Part shown: in pieces, positions 16,644 to 27,304 of the stretch
Numbering within the stretch: position 1 is the stretch's first letter
Layout of the letters: each line of letters starts with the position of its first letter
Virus record (IMG/VR): IMGVR_UViG_3300042540_001399
Location: 226,888-290,887 of that record
Strand: one strand, 5' to 3'
Length of the DNA stretch: 64,000 nucleotides
The notes under the pieces: generated by a model
What the model was told of the DNA's origin: nothing
Database searches by the model: none
What the model saw: the letters and a program-made list of their open reading frames with translations, nothing else
Position numbers and translations under genes: made by a program

Positions 16644-17429
16644 ATGGAAAGAAATTATAATTTACTCAAAGAAGTTTTGTCGGTGCCGTCTAAGACTTAT
16701 CAAGAAGATTTGTTAATACAATTTATTTGTGATTGGTTGGACCAAAACAATTTTGATTACTTTGTTGATGATTTATATAATATTTATGTAACTAAACAAA
16801 CTGATGAATCTGTTGAGTTTTTTCCTTGTGTAGTTGCACACACAGATACTGTACACAACATAGATAAAATAAATGTAAAAGAAGAAATGTTACCTGACGC
16901 CCAAGGTAATGTAAAACTTTCTTTAAAAGCTTATAATGACGAAGGTAATCCTACAGGTATTGGTGGTGATGATAAGTGTGGTGTTTATGCTTGTTTAGAA
17001 TTATTGAAAGAAATACCCAATTTAAAAGCTGCTTTTTTTGTGGCTGAAGAAACGGGATGTAAAGGGTCTTTCAATGCGGATCCAAATTTCTTTTCAAATG
17101 TTGGTTATGTAATTCAATTTGATGCTCCCGAAAACAACATGATTTCAGAATTCCTTATGAACAGACCAATGTTTGATAGAAATAGTGAATTTTTTAATGT
17201 TGGTGGTAAATTAATTACTGAACATTTTCCAAGTGACACAAAATATCACAAACATCCTTACACGGACATTTATCCTTTGAACCAAAAATTTGGTATGTCA
17301 TGTTTTAATGTTTCCATAGGTTACTACAATTACCACACAAAAAACGAATATGTTGTCGTAGATGACACCTATAATGGAATCAAGGTTGGTAAGTTAATGA
17401 TTGAAGAATTAGGTTGTACTAAACATTAA
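16644..17429 (+). CDS. M28/M20-family zinc metallopeptidase
   Basis: AHTDTVH, GGDDKCG, AEETG and FDAP metal/catalytic motifs. Confidence 0.85.
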   Translation: MERNYNLLKEVLSVPSKTYQEDLLIQFICDWLDQNNFDYFVDDLYNIYVTKQTDESVEFFPCVVAHTDTVHNIDKINVKEEMLPDAQGNVKLSLKAYNDEGNPTGIGGDDKCGVYACLELLKEIPNLKAAFFVAEETGCKGSFNADPNFFSNVGYVIQFDAPENNMISEFLMNRPMFDRNSEFFNVGGKLITEHFPSDTKYHKHPYTDIYPLNQKFGMSCFNVSIGYYNYHTKNEYVVVDDTYNGIKVGKLMIEELGCTKH

Positions 17430-17457
17430 AAAAGGAGGACTTTTAATCCTCCTTTTT
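17428..17457. terminator. Bidirectional terminator
   Basis: AAAAAAGGAGGA-CTTTTAA-TCCTCCTTTTT between convergent peptidase and clpC genes. Confidence 0.75.
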
Positions 17458-19503
17458 CTTTCTACCTTTTTTCTTGGGTTCAGGTTTAGATCTATCTTCT
17501 ATACTTATTGTTTGTGTTTCTCCTTCTCCCTCAACAAATAACATATAATCAGTTCCTTCGACAACTTCGTTTGTTAGAATTTTTTCAGAAATAAGATCTT
17601 CTATTTTATCTTGTATTGCTCTTTTTATTGGTCTTGCACCATATTGGTCATCAAACCCAACTTTTGATATGAAATCAATGACAGAATTTTCATATGAAAC
17701 TTTGTATTTCATAGATGATAATCTAGAAATGAGTTTATCAATTTCTAATTTAACAATTTTATCTATGTGATCTTTTTTAAGTGAATTAAAAATAATAACG
17801 TCATCAATTCTATTTAAAAATTCAGGTGCAAAAAACTTACTTAATTCTTTTTTAAGAATGTCTCTTTTATATTCTTCTTGGATTGCATCACTATTATTAT
17901 TTGTTTTAAAACCAACACCACTACCAAAATCCTGTAATTTCTTTACCCCAATATTTGATGTCATAATTATTAGGCAATTTTTGAAATTTATTTTTCTGCC
18001 TAATCCGTCAGTTAAATGGCCATCATCCAACAATTGAAGTAATGTGGAAAAAACATCTTTATTTGCCTTTTCAATTTCATCAAACAAAATTACAGAATAA
18101 GGTTTGTTCTTTACTTGCTCTGTTAATTGACCCCCTTCTTCATGACCAACGTATCCTGGTGGTGATCCTATCAAACGTGAAATGGTATGTTTTTCTTGAA
18201 ACTCACTCATATCTACCCTAATTAAACTATCTTCACTACCAAATATTTCTTTTGCCAATTGTTTTGCTAAAAAAGTTTTACCAACACCTGTTGATCCTAA
18301 AAATATAAAAGAACCAATTGGTCTATTTGGATCTTTTATACCTACCCTATTTCTTCTTATAGATTTAGAAATTTTACCTACAGCTTCTTCCTGTCCAATT
18401 ACATTTTTATTTAATGTTGTTTCAAGATTGACTAAAGAATTTTTTTCATCAATGTTTATTTTACTAACAGGAATTTTAGTCATGTTGGACACAACTTCGT
18501 AAATTAGTTCTTCAGGTATACCCCTTTTACTATTTTTAAGGTCTTCTTCAAATTTCTTTTTTTCTTCTTCAAGTTTTAAGAGAATACTTCTTTCACGATC
18601 CCTAAGTTCTGCCGCTTGTTCATAATTTTGTTTTTTTATGACATTAAGTTTTTCTTGTTTAATTTCTTGGGCTTCTATTTTCAATTTTTCAATTGACTCG
18701 GGTAGTTTAATATCTATTTGCATTCGTGACCCAACCTCATCTAAAATATCAAAAGCTTTATCTGGAAATTCCCGATCGGTAATATATCTATCCGCTAGCT
18801 CAACACATAACCAAAGTGAATCATCAGTGTAATTAACTTTGTGATGTTCTTCATACTTCGATTTACTTTGTTTCAGAATTTCAAAAGTTTCTTCTTTTGT
18901 TGATGGATCTACAATAATTTTTTGAAACCGTCTTTCTAAAGCCCCATCTTTTTCGAAATGTTTTCTATACTCATCTAAAGTGGTTGCTCCAATACACTGT
19001 ATTTCACCTCTTGAAAGTGCTGGTTTAAATATGTTTGATGCATCCAAAGAACCCGAGCTATTACCGGCACCAACCATAGTGTGAATTTCGTCGATAAAAA
19101 GAATAATGTTAGGCGTGTTTTGAAGTTCTTCTATTATAACTTTCATTCTTTCTTCAAACTGACCTCTATATTTTGTTCCAGCAACAATAGAATTTATATC
19201 TAAGGAAACTATCCTTTTATCTACTAAATTTTTTGGACAATCGCCACTATAAATCATCATTGCCAAACCTTCTGCAATTGCCGTTTTACCTGCACCTGGT
19301 TCTCCAATAATAATAGGATTATTTTTCTTTCTTCTTGAAAGAACTTGAGCAATCCTAAAAATTTCTTTTTCTCTACCAATTACTGGATCTAATTTACCTT
19401 GTTCGGCAAGTTTAATTAAATCTTTACTAAAATTGTCTAAAACAGGCGTTCCACCATCTGTCTTTTTTTTGTTTTTTTCATTATCATCTACAAAATCTAA
19501 CAT
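17443..19503 (-). CDS. clpC: ClpC-type Hsp100 AAA+ ATPase lacking the N-terminal Clp-repeat domain
   Basis: Walker A motifs GEPGAGKT and GSTGVGKT, IDEIH, FDEIEKA, UVR middle domain (KQNYEQAAELRDRE), FAPEFLNRID, GARPIKR; begins directly at the first ATPase domain. Confidence 0.9.
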   Translation of the reverse strand: MLDFVDDNEKNKKKTDGGTPVLDNFSKDLIKLAEQGKLDPVIGREKEIFRIAQVLSRRKKNNPIIIGEPGAGKTAIAEGLAMMIYSGDCPKNLVDKRIVSLDINSIVAGTKYRGQFEERMKVIIEELQNTPNIILFIDEIHTMVGAGNSSGSLDASNIFKPALSRGEIQCIGATTLDEYRKHFEKDGALERRFQKIIVDPSTKEETFEILKQSKSKYEEHHKVNYTDDSLWLCVELADRYITDREFPDKAFDILDEVGSRMQIDIKLPESIEKLKIEAQEIKQEKLNVIKKQNYEQAAELRDRERSILLKLEEEKKKFEEDLKNSKRGIPEELIYEVVSNMTKIPVSKINIDEKNSLVNLETTLNKNVIGQEEAVGKISKSIRRNRVGIKDPNRPIGSFIFLGSTGVGKTFLAKQLAKEIFGSEDSLIRVDMSEFQEKHTISRLIGSPPGYVGHEEGGQLTEQVKNKPYSVILFDEIEKANKDVFSTLLQLLDDGHLTDGLGRKINFKNCLIIMTSNIGVKKLQDFGSGVGFKTNNNSDAIQEEYKRDILKKELSKFFAPEFLNRIDDVIIFNSLKKDHIDKIVKLEIDKLISRLSSMKYKVSYENSVIDFISKVGFDDQYGARPIKRAIQDKIEDLISEKILTNEVVEGTDYMLFVEGEGETQTISIEDRSKPEPKKKGRKKKED

Positions 19504-19662
19504 ATATAAAATTTTATTTTAAAAGTAATTATAAGAAAAGTACTAGTCAATACTTGTCTTTTTGTCAGGTTCTTTTAGTATTATATGACAAAATGTCATA
19601 GTTTAAACTTTGGCATATTTTTAATGTTAAAAAAATAAAATAAACTTATAAAAAATAAAAAA

Positions 19663-20040
19663 ATGTTTAATTGGAATAAATTTGACAAACTTTTTAATGA
19701 AATGTTTAATTCTTCTTTTGATGGGTTTTCTTTTGATGAAAATAAATGGCAAAAAAGAACCTATAAATCACCAGATGGAAGTATTTCTATGACTTACTTC
19801 ACTCATTCACCTAAAGTAAGTAATCAATCTAATGAAATAGAATTACTTAAACAAAAACTTGATTTGGCGGTTGAAGAACAAAACTTTGAAGATGCCGTAA
19901 AATTACGTGATGAAATTAAAAATTTGGAAATTAATCAAGAAAAAATTTCAGAACTAAAAAATAAATTAGATGAATGTGTAAAAAATCAAGATTTTGAAAG
20001 TGCTATAGAATATAGGGATCAAATAAAAAGCTTGAAATAA
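19663..20040 (+). CDS. Protein with two UVR (UvrB/UvrC) coiled-coil motifs, McsA C-terminus-like
   Basis: LKQKLDLAVEEQNFEDAVKLRDEIK and LKNKLDECVKNQDFESAIEYRDQIK. Confidence 0.8.
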   Translation: MFNWNKFDKLFNEMFNSSFDGFSFDENKWQKRTYKSPDGSISMTYFTHSPKVSNQSNEIELLKQKLDLAVEEQNFEDAVKLRDEIKNLEINQEKISELKNKLDECVKNQDFESAIEYRDQIKSLK

Positions 20041-20043
20041 ATT

Positions 20044-20066
20044 ATCCACCGAAAGGTGGATTTTTT
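20044..20066 (+). terminator. Rho-independent terminator
   Basis: ATCCACC-GAAA-GGTGGAT followed by T tract. Confidence 0.8.
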
Positions 20067-20098
20067 ATTTATATCAATTATTTTAATTAAAAAAAATT

Positions 20099-20341
20099 AT
20101 GGCAATACTAAAAGAAGAAATAATAGGAACAAAAATCATAAATGAAATCCAATCATCAAATTTAGTTAAAACAGAGTATGATGTTGAGACTAAAAAATTA
20201 ATTGCTGAATTCAAAAACGGTATTAAGTATGTTTATGAAGATGTACCACATCAAAAATATACAGAATTCAGAATGGCGCCATCCCAAGGAACTTACTTTA
20301 ACAAAAACATTTCAAAGGTTTTCAAATATTCAAAAGTGTAA
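20099..20341 (+). CDS. KTSC-domain protein
   Basis: SSNL...YD.....L..EFKNG..Y.Y.DVP...Y..F..APSQGTYFNKNI pattern. Confidence 0.85.
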   Translation: MAILKEEIIGTKIINEIQSSNLVKTEYDVETKKLIAEFKNGIKYVYEDVPHQKYTEFRMAPSQGTYFNKNISKVFKYSKV

Positions 20342-20360
20342 GTTCAAAGTATTTATTAGT

Positions 20361-21098
20361 ATGGATACTCAAGATATTATTAAAAGTTTTGATGCACAGG
20401 AAGAGCTTAATCCAAAAATTTGGGAAAAAAAAGGTAATGACTATACCATGAATCCTGAAGTTAGAACTAAACTTTTAGAAATCGCAGAACTTTTCATTGA
20501 TTTTTTAGGGATTGATGTTTTAATAACTGACATTATAATGATCGGTTCATTGGTTAATTATAATTGGTCTAAATATTCAGATGTTGATCTTCACATTGTT
20601 GTAAATTATGGCCAGTTCCCTGACAATACAAAAGAACTCTACGTAGAATTTTTTGATTTAAAAAAGGTAGTTTTTAATGATAGACACGATATAAAAATAT
20701 TTGGTTATGATGTCGAATGTTTTGTACAAGATGAAGTAGAAACAACTTTTAGTAGTGGTATATATTCATTATACTATGATATGTGGGTTAATGAACCAAA
20801 AAAAATAAGTACTAAAAATGTAGATTTAGATTTAGTAAAAGAAAAATCGGAACAATGGATGCGAGTAATTGATGGTGTTGTTGATAATTTAAAAGATGAA
20901 ACACCTGATACTATAAAATCATTAGTAAAAAAATACAAACAAAAACTAAAAAAATTTAGGAATTGTGGGTTAGAAAAAGGTGGAGAATTATCTGTAGAAA
21001 ATTTAGTGTTTAAACTTTTAAGAAGAAATGGATATATTAGTAAACTTTACGATATACCAACCGAAGTTGTTGATAAAAAATTATCCATGAATCAATAA
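20361..21098 (+). CDS. DNA polymerase beta-superfamily nucleotidyltransferase
   Basis: GS..NY.W...SDVDLH motif plus distal acidic residue in DVECFVQ; start moved to ATG 20361 (TATTTAT at 20350). Confidence 0.75.
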   Translation: MDTQDIIKSFDAQEELNPKIWEKKGNDYTMNPEVRTKLLEIAELFIDFLGIDVLITDIIMIGSLVNYNWSKYSDVDLHIVVNYGQFPDNTKELYVEFFDLKKVVFNDRHDIKIFGYDVECFVQDEVETTFSSGIYSLYYDMWVNEPKKISTKNVDLDLVKEKSEQWMRVIDGVVDNLKDETPDTIKSLVKKYKQKLKKFRNCGLEKGGELSVENLVFKLLRRNGYISKLYDIPTEVVDKKLSMNQ

Positions 21099-21174
21099 AT
21101 ATTATTAAAACAAAACAATATCAAATATCGATATATTTATTTAATAAAAATAATTTAATCAAAAAAAGTATACT

Positions 21175-22491
21175 ATGGGAGGACTAAAACCTATTGGAAG
21201 CGAAAAATTAGGTGGTATGGATAAAATCCGCAGAATTATGGAAATTGCTAACTACAATCATCAACTACCTAATAATAATGTTGAATTGAAATCTACTGAA
21301 TATAGACTAGGTTTAGCTGATGGTAATTCTTATGAAATTGTAAAAGAAAGACAAGGATATATCATTAAAAGAAATATTACTGAATCATATTCTGATTATA
21401 TGGAACCTATGAAAAATAGAAGATATTATAGGTCATATTCTGAAGCTCTTAAGAAATTAAATTTGATGGCCAAGGAATTTAATGCTATTTATGAAAATGA
21501 AGAAGGTACGAACTTATTTAGTGAACAAAAAAAGTTCAAATTAAAAGTTCCAAAACCTAAGTCAGATGTTGCTCCTGAAGCAGCACCAACATTACCTGAA
21601 CCAGCGCCGGCAGAACCTGCTCCAGCAACACCCGCAACACCATCGGAACCGACAACTCCAAGTGCAGAAAGTCCTGAAGGTTCAACAGATGCGTCAATGG
21701 GACCTGAATCAGGTGGCGAATTAGATGATTTATTAGGTTCCACAGGTGATGAAGAGCCAACAGGTGATGAAGAACCAACAGGTGATGAAGAACCAACAGG
21801 TGATGAAAAAGAATCTGGTGTATCTTTCAAATTAATTCAAAAACTTACAGGTAAACTATCACAAAAGATAAGAAAATATCTCAATAATGAAGAAATGGAT
21901 TCTGATGATGTAAAATATGTTTTGAATTCAATTTTGTCCGCTTTAGATTTGTCTGTTTTAAATGATGAAGATGTTGAAGAAATAATTGATAGATTAGAAG
22001 GTGACGATGAAGAAGAAGGTGATGAAGATATGGGTGATGAAGATATGGGTGATGAAGGTGACGAGTCAACTGAACCTCCTGTTGAAAGTCCTGAACCACC
22101 TACAGGCGAAGAAGGTGAAGTGACAGAATATGGATATAGAAACAGAAATAGGATTAAAGTAGGACCTTTGGGTGTAAGAACAGAAAATATGTTTTCAGAA
22201 TCCAAAGTGGATAGAATAATTGGAAATTATTTCAATGTTAGCGAAGAAGAAGAAAAAGAGTTAAAAATAAAAAAATCAATAAACGAAGAACTTATTAGAG
22301 AAAATGTTATGGTAAACGAAATGGAAATCAAAAGACTTTCATCAAGTATAGAACAACAAAGATCGGCTTTGAGGTTTTTGGAAAAAAACCCAAACGCAAC
22401 TTTAATAGGGTCAACTAACAAGAAAAATTTACTTTTCAAAGTAGGGTTAAAAGAACATAAGATTTCGGTTCACGGTAAAAGAATTTTATGA
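21175..22491 (+). CDS. Acidic, Pro-rich putative head/prohead protein
   Basis: Low-complexity P/E/D centre; position just before the head module; TATTTAT at 21134. Confidence 0.6.
   Translation: MGGLKPIGSEKLGGMDKIRRIMEIANYNHQLPNNNVELKSTEYRLGLADGNSYEIVKERQGYIIKRNITESYSDYMEPMKNRRYYRSYSEALKKLNLMAKEFNAIYENEEGTNLFSEQKKFKLKVPKPKSDVAPEAAPTLPEPAPAEPAPATPATPSEPTTPSAESPEGSTDASMGPESGGELDDLLGSTGDEEPTGDEEPTGDEEPTGDEKESGVSFKLIQKLTGKLSQKIRKYLNNEEMDSDDVKYVLNSILSALDLSVLNDEDVEEIIDRLEGDDEEEGDEDMGDEDMGDEGDESTEPPVESPEPPTGEEGEVTEYGYRNRNRIKVGPLGVRTENMFSESKVDRIIGNYFNVSEEEEKELKIKKSINEELIRENVMVNEMEIKRLSSSIEQQRSALRFLEKNPNATLIGSTNKKNLLFKVGLKEHKISVHGKRIL
21742..21807 (+). repeat. 18-nt in-frame tandem repeat (TGDEEP, ~3.7 copies)
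   Basis: ACAGGTGATGAAGARCCA units at 21742, 21760, 21778 and partial at 21796. Confidence 0.85.
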
Positions 22492-22895
22492 ATTATTTAA
22501 TTTACATAAATGGAATGGGGCCAAACTACAAAGGTGACAACATTTATGAATTTATTTTTTCTGACACCATAGAAGTATGGGGTGAAAATTGGGAATCAAA
22601 ACCTGCAAATGGTTATCCTTCTCCCCCTGATTTTGAATATGTTAAAAAAGTTGGTACTCTCACCAATGGAGAAATTATATTAGAATTGGTTCAAGATTCT
22701 GATGTTTTTTCAATGATAGACACGATGGACGGAGTTATATCGTTAGGTTGGGAAAAAGAAACTGAAGAAATTGATTTTTCTTTAATAAAAAGATTAGTTT
22801 TCAAATTTGGGGAAACTGAACAAGAAGTAAAAGATAAACTATATGAACGTGACATCGTTCTTGAATTTGATAAAAAAGTAGTCTATGAGAACTAA
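22488..22895 (+). CDS. Hypothetical protein
   Basis: ORF coupled to both neighbours by overlaps. Confidence 0.7.
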   Translation: MNYLIYINGMGPNYKGDNIYEFIFSDTIEVWGENWESKPANGYPSPPDFEYVKKVGTLTNGEIILELVQDSDVFSMIDTMDGVISLGWEKETEEIDFSLIKRLVFKFGETEQEVKDKLYERDIVLEFDKKVVYEN

Positions 22896-23928
22896 AAATC
22901 ACATTTTAACGTTACTTGAAAGTGGGTTATCATTTAGTACTATCAGTACTATGAACGATAAACAAATCAAAGTTTTATCTGAAAAATTTTCCAAAAAAAA
23001 TGAAACCAAAGAAGCTCAAGACATACAAACTAAAATTAGAAGATTTAGTGCTTCCGAAGTTTCCAACGCAAAAACTAAAGGTGAATCATTACCTGGAGGT
23101 AGAGCATTCAAATTGAATGCCGATGGAAGTGTAGATGTTACATTAGAAGGTGAAATGACCGAAGACGAAACAATAAATGTTGTAAACGATCCGGATGCTT
23201 CTGCAGATGGTATGGGAATGTTTGAATCAGAAATATCTGAAAAGTTTGAATCCAAAGCTCAACAAGGTTTGTTTTGGTCTAAATGTAATAACAGTAAAGG
23301 TAAAACAAAAGAAAAATGGTGTAAGATGGCTAAAGAATTTTCCGATAGTACATCAAAGAAACAATACAAAAATATGCCAGAAAAAAAACATCCTGAAAAA
23401 ACAGTAAAAAGGACAAATGAAAATTTTGAAAAATATTTGGAAGATAAAATTGTTAATATGTTGGACGAATATGTAAACCCAACAATTACTAAAGGTCAGA
23501 TGTTAAAAACTATTTCTGAAAAATCAAATAAGGTCAATTCAATAATTTTGAAAAATCCTAAAAAAATGACTATGTTTTCAGATGAATCAGGAATTGAAAT
23601 GAAAAGACCAATAGGAAAAATTTCTTCTTTGGGTGAAGACACAAAGGAAAAAGAAAGAACAAAGGAAAGGGAAAAGACTAAAACTCCTACAAGAAGAAAG
23701 GGTAATCCATTTAAGGATCCTAATCCTGATGTTGAAGAAAAACCAAAAGCACATACAAAAGAAAAAGAAAGAACTAAGGAAAAAGATAGAACTAAGGAAA
23801 AAGATAGAAGAAAAGGTAACCCTTTGAAAGACCCCAATCCTGATGTTGAAGAAAAACCAAAAGCAAAAATGGAAAAACAACAAAGTGATTTCATAGAAAA
23901 AATAATGGACGTATTAAATTTTAACTAA
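22885..23928 (+). CDS. Hypothetical protein with duplicated basic/Pro segment
   Basis: TKEKERTKE...RRKGNP(F/L)KDPNPDVEEKPKA occurs twice (~23641-23864). Confidence 0.7.
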   Translation: MRTKNHILTLLESGLSFSTISTMNDKQIKVLSEKFSKKNETKEAQDIQTKIRRFSASEVSNAKTKGESLPGGRAFKLNADGSVDVTLEGEMTEDETINVVNDPDASADGMGMFESEISEKFESKAQQGLFWSKCNNSKGKTKEKWCKMAKEFSDSTSKKQYKNMPEKKHPEKTVKRTNENFEKYLEDKIVNMLDEYVNPTITKGQMLKTISEKSNKVNSIILKNPKKMTMFSDESGIEMKRPIGKISSLGEDTKEKERTKEREKTKTPTRRKGNPFKDPNPDVEEKPKAHTKEKERTKEKDRTKEKDRRKGNPLKDPNPDVEEKPKAKMEKQQSDFIEKIMDVLNFN

Positions 23929-25274
23929 TGGGACATAAAGAACTTGAAAAATTAATTAGAAGGATTGTTAAAGAAGCACCTGTTGATTACGGAGATTATC
24001 CAGAAAGAATGGATCCAAGAATACAACAAAAGATAGAAGATCCCGAAAATATTTATGCTAAAAATAGGGCGTTTAGAGGTGGCGTTTCAGATGTTGAAAA
24101 ACTAACGGGAACAAGATTTAAAGAAATTGTAGATTATGTCAAAAGATATTTTTCTACAGATAGAAATTTAACACAACCGGCAGTAATGCAGGCCATACAA
24201 ATGGAACAAATGATGGCAGTAAGAGATGTCATGTCAATTGAACCTCGACATAGGGAAAAACTCAGAGATTTGGCAATGGAAATATCCGCAAAAGAAGCGG
24301 GGTGGATGCCTTACAATTTAACGATGGAACAAGCTTTAAGAGATGGTATAATATCCAAAAGAAAATCTCAAACAGGTGGGACACTTTACGAGTTTCAACT
24401 TATCAACATGATAACTTTTTTAGGTGAAAAACGAATAGACCCATCAATTTTTCAAATGAAAGCTAAAGAAAATGAAAAACTACCTATACCAGCAAATTTT
24501 TCTTTTGACATCGATGAATTAACGCCTGAAGAACAAAAACAATTAGAAATAGAAAAAAGAAACGTAATTAACGCTTACGTAATGGGTAAGGCTAAAAGAG
24601 GACAATACAGTTATCAAGCTTTTAAAGAAAGATTAGATGAAATTGATCCATCACTTTATCCACTCTATAATAAAATAATGGGGGCTAATGATCTAATGTA
24701 TTTTACAAACCAACAGTTAATTGAAATGTTGGGGGGTAATGCCGCTGGTTCGGCAAAAAAAGGGCAACCTGAACCTGATGATGACGATGATGATGATGAA
24801 TCTGATAGTGGACCTGAAAAAGATACTTGGGAAGCAAATGGATTGATATTTCCAATTTTAATTCACGAATTGGACAAAGCCTTCAGTATGGTAACTGCCA
24901 GGTCACAATGGAAGGGTATGGACCCTGAAATGGCAAGACAAGTCATATCACAAACTGATACCATGGAAAACGAACCGATGAATTTTAGAGTTGGTGCTGA
25001 GTTGGCAAGAAAGATCAGAACTATGTTACCTGATGAATTAGTTTTAGATCCTGAAGGTCGTGAATATATGCCTTTCTTTGAAAAAAACTTATATGAAGTT
25101 CCGGCCGAAAGATTCTTAAAAGACATAATTGCAAACGTTATATCTGACAATAAACAAGATAATGACAGGGCTAGAAAAGAATTTAAAGAAATTTTTCAAA
25201 AGGCTAAAAGGGAGTATGATAGGTTCAAAGATGATGAAGATGATGATGAAGACGATGACGATTATGCTTACTAA
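23928..25274 (+). CDS. Hypothetical virion-type protein
   Basis: 448-aa ORF, N-terminal ELEKLIRRIVKEA motif, acidic tail. Confidence 0.7.
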   Translation: MGHKELEKLIRRIVKEAPVDYGDYPERMDPRIQQKIEDPENIYAKNRAFRGGVSDVEKLTGTRFKEIVDYVKRYFSTDRNLTQPAVMQAIQMEQMMAVRDVMSIEPRHREKLRDLAMEISAKEAGWMPYNLTMEQALRDGIISKRKSQTGGTLYEFQLINMITFLGEKRIDPSIFQMKAKENEKLPIPANFSFDIDELTPEEQKQLEIEKRNVINAYVMGKAKRGQYSYQAFKERLDEIDPSLYPLYNKIMGANDLMYFTNQQLIEMLGGNAAGSAKKGQPEPDDDDDDDESDSGPEKDTWEANGLIFPILIHELDKAFSMVTARSQWKGMDPEMARQVISQTDTMENEPMNFRVGAELARKIRTMLPDELVLDPEGREYMPFFEKNLYEVPAERFLKDIIANVISDNKQDNDRARKEFKEIFQKAKREYDRFKDDEDDDEDDDDYAY

Positions 25275-25280
25275 AGATAT

Positions 25281-25308
25281 AACCTACCAAATCGGTAGGT
25301 TTTTTTTT
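25281..25308 (+). terminator. Rho-independent terminator
   Basis: AACCTACC-AAATC-GGTAGGTT followed by T tract. Confidence 0.8.
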
Positions 25309-25346
25309 AAATAAAAATTTGTTAGCTATTTATAAATAAAAACATT

Positions 25347-27119
25347 ATGAGTCTAACAAAAGAACAAGTCATGTTAGAATATGTTAGGTGTATGAAAGAT
25401 ACTGAATATGCACTCAAAACATATTTACAAACATACGATAATACTGTTTCTAAGTACGTACCCTTACAACTTTTTCCCGATCAAGTATCATTATTAAAAG
25501 ACTATGAAGATTATGAAGAAAATATAGCCCTGAAATATAGACAGGCTGGGGTATCAACAGTTACTGCCGCTTGGGTGTCAAAACGACTAGTTTTTGCAAA
25601 AAAAAATCAACCCGAAAAAATATTGATCATTGCGAACAAATTAGACACCTCAATGGAAATGGCAAACAAAATAAGGGCATTTGTTGATCAGTGGCCATCT
25701 TGGGTAGGGGCCGGATTTTCGGTAGACAAAAACTCTCAAAAACATTACAAACTTATTAATGGTAGTGAAGTAAAGGCTGTTGCGACTTCTAAAGATGCTT
25801 TGAGGGGTTTTACACCAACAATACTTGTGTTTGATGAGGCGGCATTTATTGAAGCCGATAGTGACTTTTGGGCTGCTTGTATGGCTTCATTATCAACAGG
25901 TGGTAAAGTTATAGTAGTTTCGACCCCTAACGGATACGACCCAATTTATTATGATGTTTATAACCAAGCAGTTAAAGGAATCAACAACTTTAAAATTTCT
26001 GAAATGTATTGGTGGAGAGATCCGAGATACGCCAAAGATTTATATCTTGTACCTACAGATGACTTAGTTCATTATCTATTGAATAAAGATCAACAGGATG
26101 AATCTAAACATATATCCTTTGCCCATGTAGATCCTTATGAAAGAAACTACGATGAAATATCCAATTATTTCAAAGATGGGTACAAACCATGTTCAACTTG
26201 GTATGAACGTATGGTGAAAAAATTAAAGTATGACAAAAGAAAAATTAACCAAGAGTTAAATTGTGAATTTTTGGGATCAGGTGACAACGTTTTTGACAAT
26301 AAACAATTAGAAGATATAAAAAATAACACCTTATGTGATCCTTCAGGAAAAATGATGGGGAATTCACTTTGGGTTTGGAAAGATCCTATTTTGGGACATA
26401 GATACATAATGGGTGTTGACGTATCAAGAGGTGATAGTGAAGACTTCAGTTCGATACAAATCATAGATTTTGATTCAAGGGAACAGGTCTTTGAATACGT
26501 AGGAAAAATACCTCCCGATGCTTTGGCAGAAATAGCCTACAAATGGGGTATTATGTATAATGCATTTATTGTTGTCGATATAACAGGAGGTATGGGAATA
26601 ACAACTGTTAGAAAACTTCAAGAATTAGGGTATAAAAGTTTGTATGTTGATGGTGTAGACACAACAAGTATATGGTCAAACACAACCAAAATGGCAGATA
26701 AAATTCCAGGAATTAATTTCAATAATAAACGAGTACAAATTATTGCGGCTTTCGAAGAAGCGGTAAGACATAAGTTTAAAATAAAAAGTGTTCGTCTATA
26801 CAACGAAATGAACACTTTTGTTTATATAAATGGTCGACCTGATCATCAAAAGGGACAACATGACGACCTTATTATGGGAATATCTATGGCAATTTATGTC
26901 GGTGAATCTTCGTTCACAAAATTAGAAAAAGTCGCACAACAAGCTAAAGTTATGTTGGAATCTTGGACTGTAGCTTCAAATGACGCAGTATCTAAGGAAG
27001 TATACTTCAATCCAGTATTACCAAATTTAAATGTTAAAAGAGATCACTTTGGTAGGGAAATAAATTCAGCAACAAGAGAAGACTATGAAAAGTATGGTTG
27101 GTTATTTGGGGGTAGGTAA
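25347..27119 (+). CDS. Terminase large subunit (T4 gp17-like)
   Basis: KYRQAGVST Walker A region, FDEAAF Walker B, VSTPNG coupling motif, nuclease GVDVSRG and HDDLIM. Confidence 0.95.
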   Translation: MSLTKEQVMLEYVRCMKDTEYALKTYLQTYDNTVSKYVPLQLFPDQVSLLKDYEDYEENIALKYRQAGVSTVTAAWVSKRLVFAKKNQPEKILIIANKLDTSMEMANKIRAFVDQWPSWVGAGFSVDKNSQKHYKLINGSEVKAVATSKDALRGFTPTILVFDEAAFIEADSDFWAACMASLSTGGKVIVVSTPNGYDPIYYDVYNQAVKGINNFKISEMYWWRDPRYAKDLYLVPTDDLVHYLLNKDQQDESKHISFAHVDPYERNYDEISNYFKDGYKPCSTWYERMVKKLKYDKRKINQELNCEFLGSGDNVFDNKQLEDIKNNTLCDPSGKMMGNSLWVWKDPILGHRYIMGVDVSRGDSEDFSSIQIIDFDSREQVFEYVGKIPPDALAEIAYKWGIMYNAFIVVDITGGMGITTVRKLQELGYKSLYVDGVDTTSIWSNTTKMADKIPGINFNNKRVQIIAAFEEAVRHKFKIKSVRLYNEMNTFVYINGRPDHQKGQHDDLIMGISMAIYVGESSFTKLEKVAQQAKVMLESWTVASNDAVSKEVYFNPVLPNLNVKRDHFGREINSATREDYEKYGWLFGGR

Positions 27120-27130
27120 TATTTATAAAC

Positions 27131-27304
27131 ATGGGTAGTATAAGAAGAAAAAAAAGTGGTAAAATATTTGCCGGGTCAAACTTAGTTATAACCGGTGAAG
27201 GAATTTATAGTGTTAAAATTATAGAACCCACTTTTAGAAAAAAAAGTCAATACGACATTGATTCTAACACTACAACAACAACCACCACAAAAAGTGGTGG
27301 ATAG
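27131..27304 (+). CDS. Small basic protein (57 aa, not in ORF track)
   Basis: MGSIRRKKSGKIFAGSNLVITGEG...TTTTTTTKSGG*; TATTTAT at 27120. Confidence 0.55.
   Translation: MGSIRRKKSGKIFAGSNLVITGEGIYSVKIIEPTFRKKSQYDIDSNTTTTTTTKSGG

Noticed and set aside
21489-22205. Antisense ORFs over low-complexity repeats (also 23496-23894, 31787-32158, 32407-32784, 63377-63862)
   Set aside because: Mirror products of in-frame repeats on the coding strand
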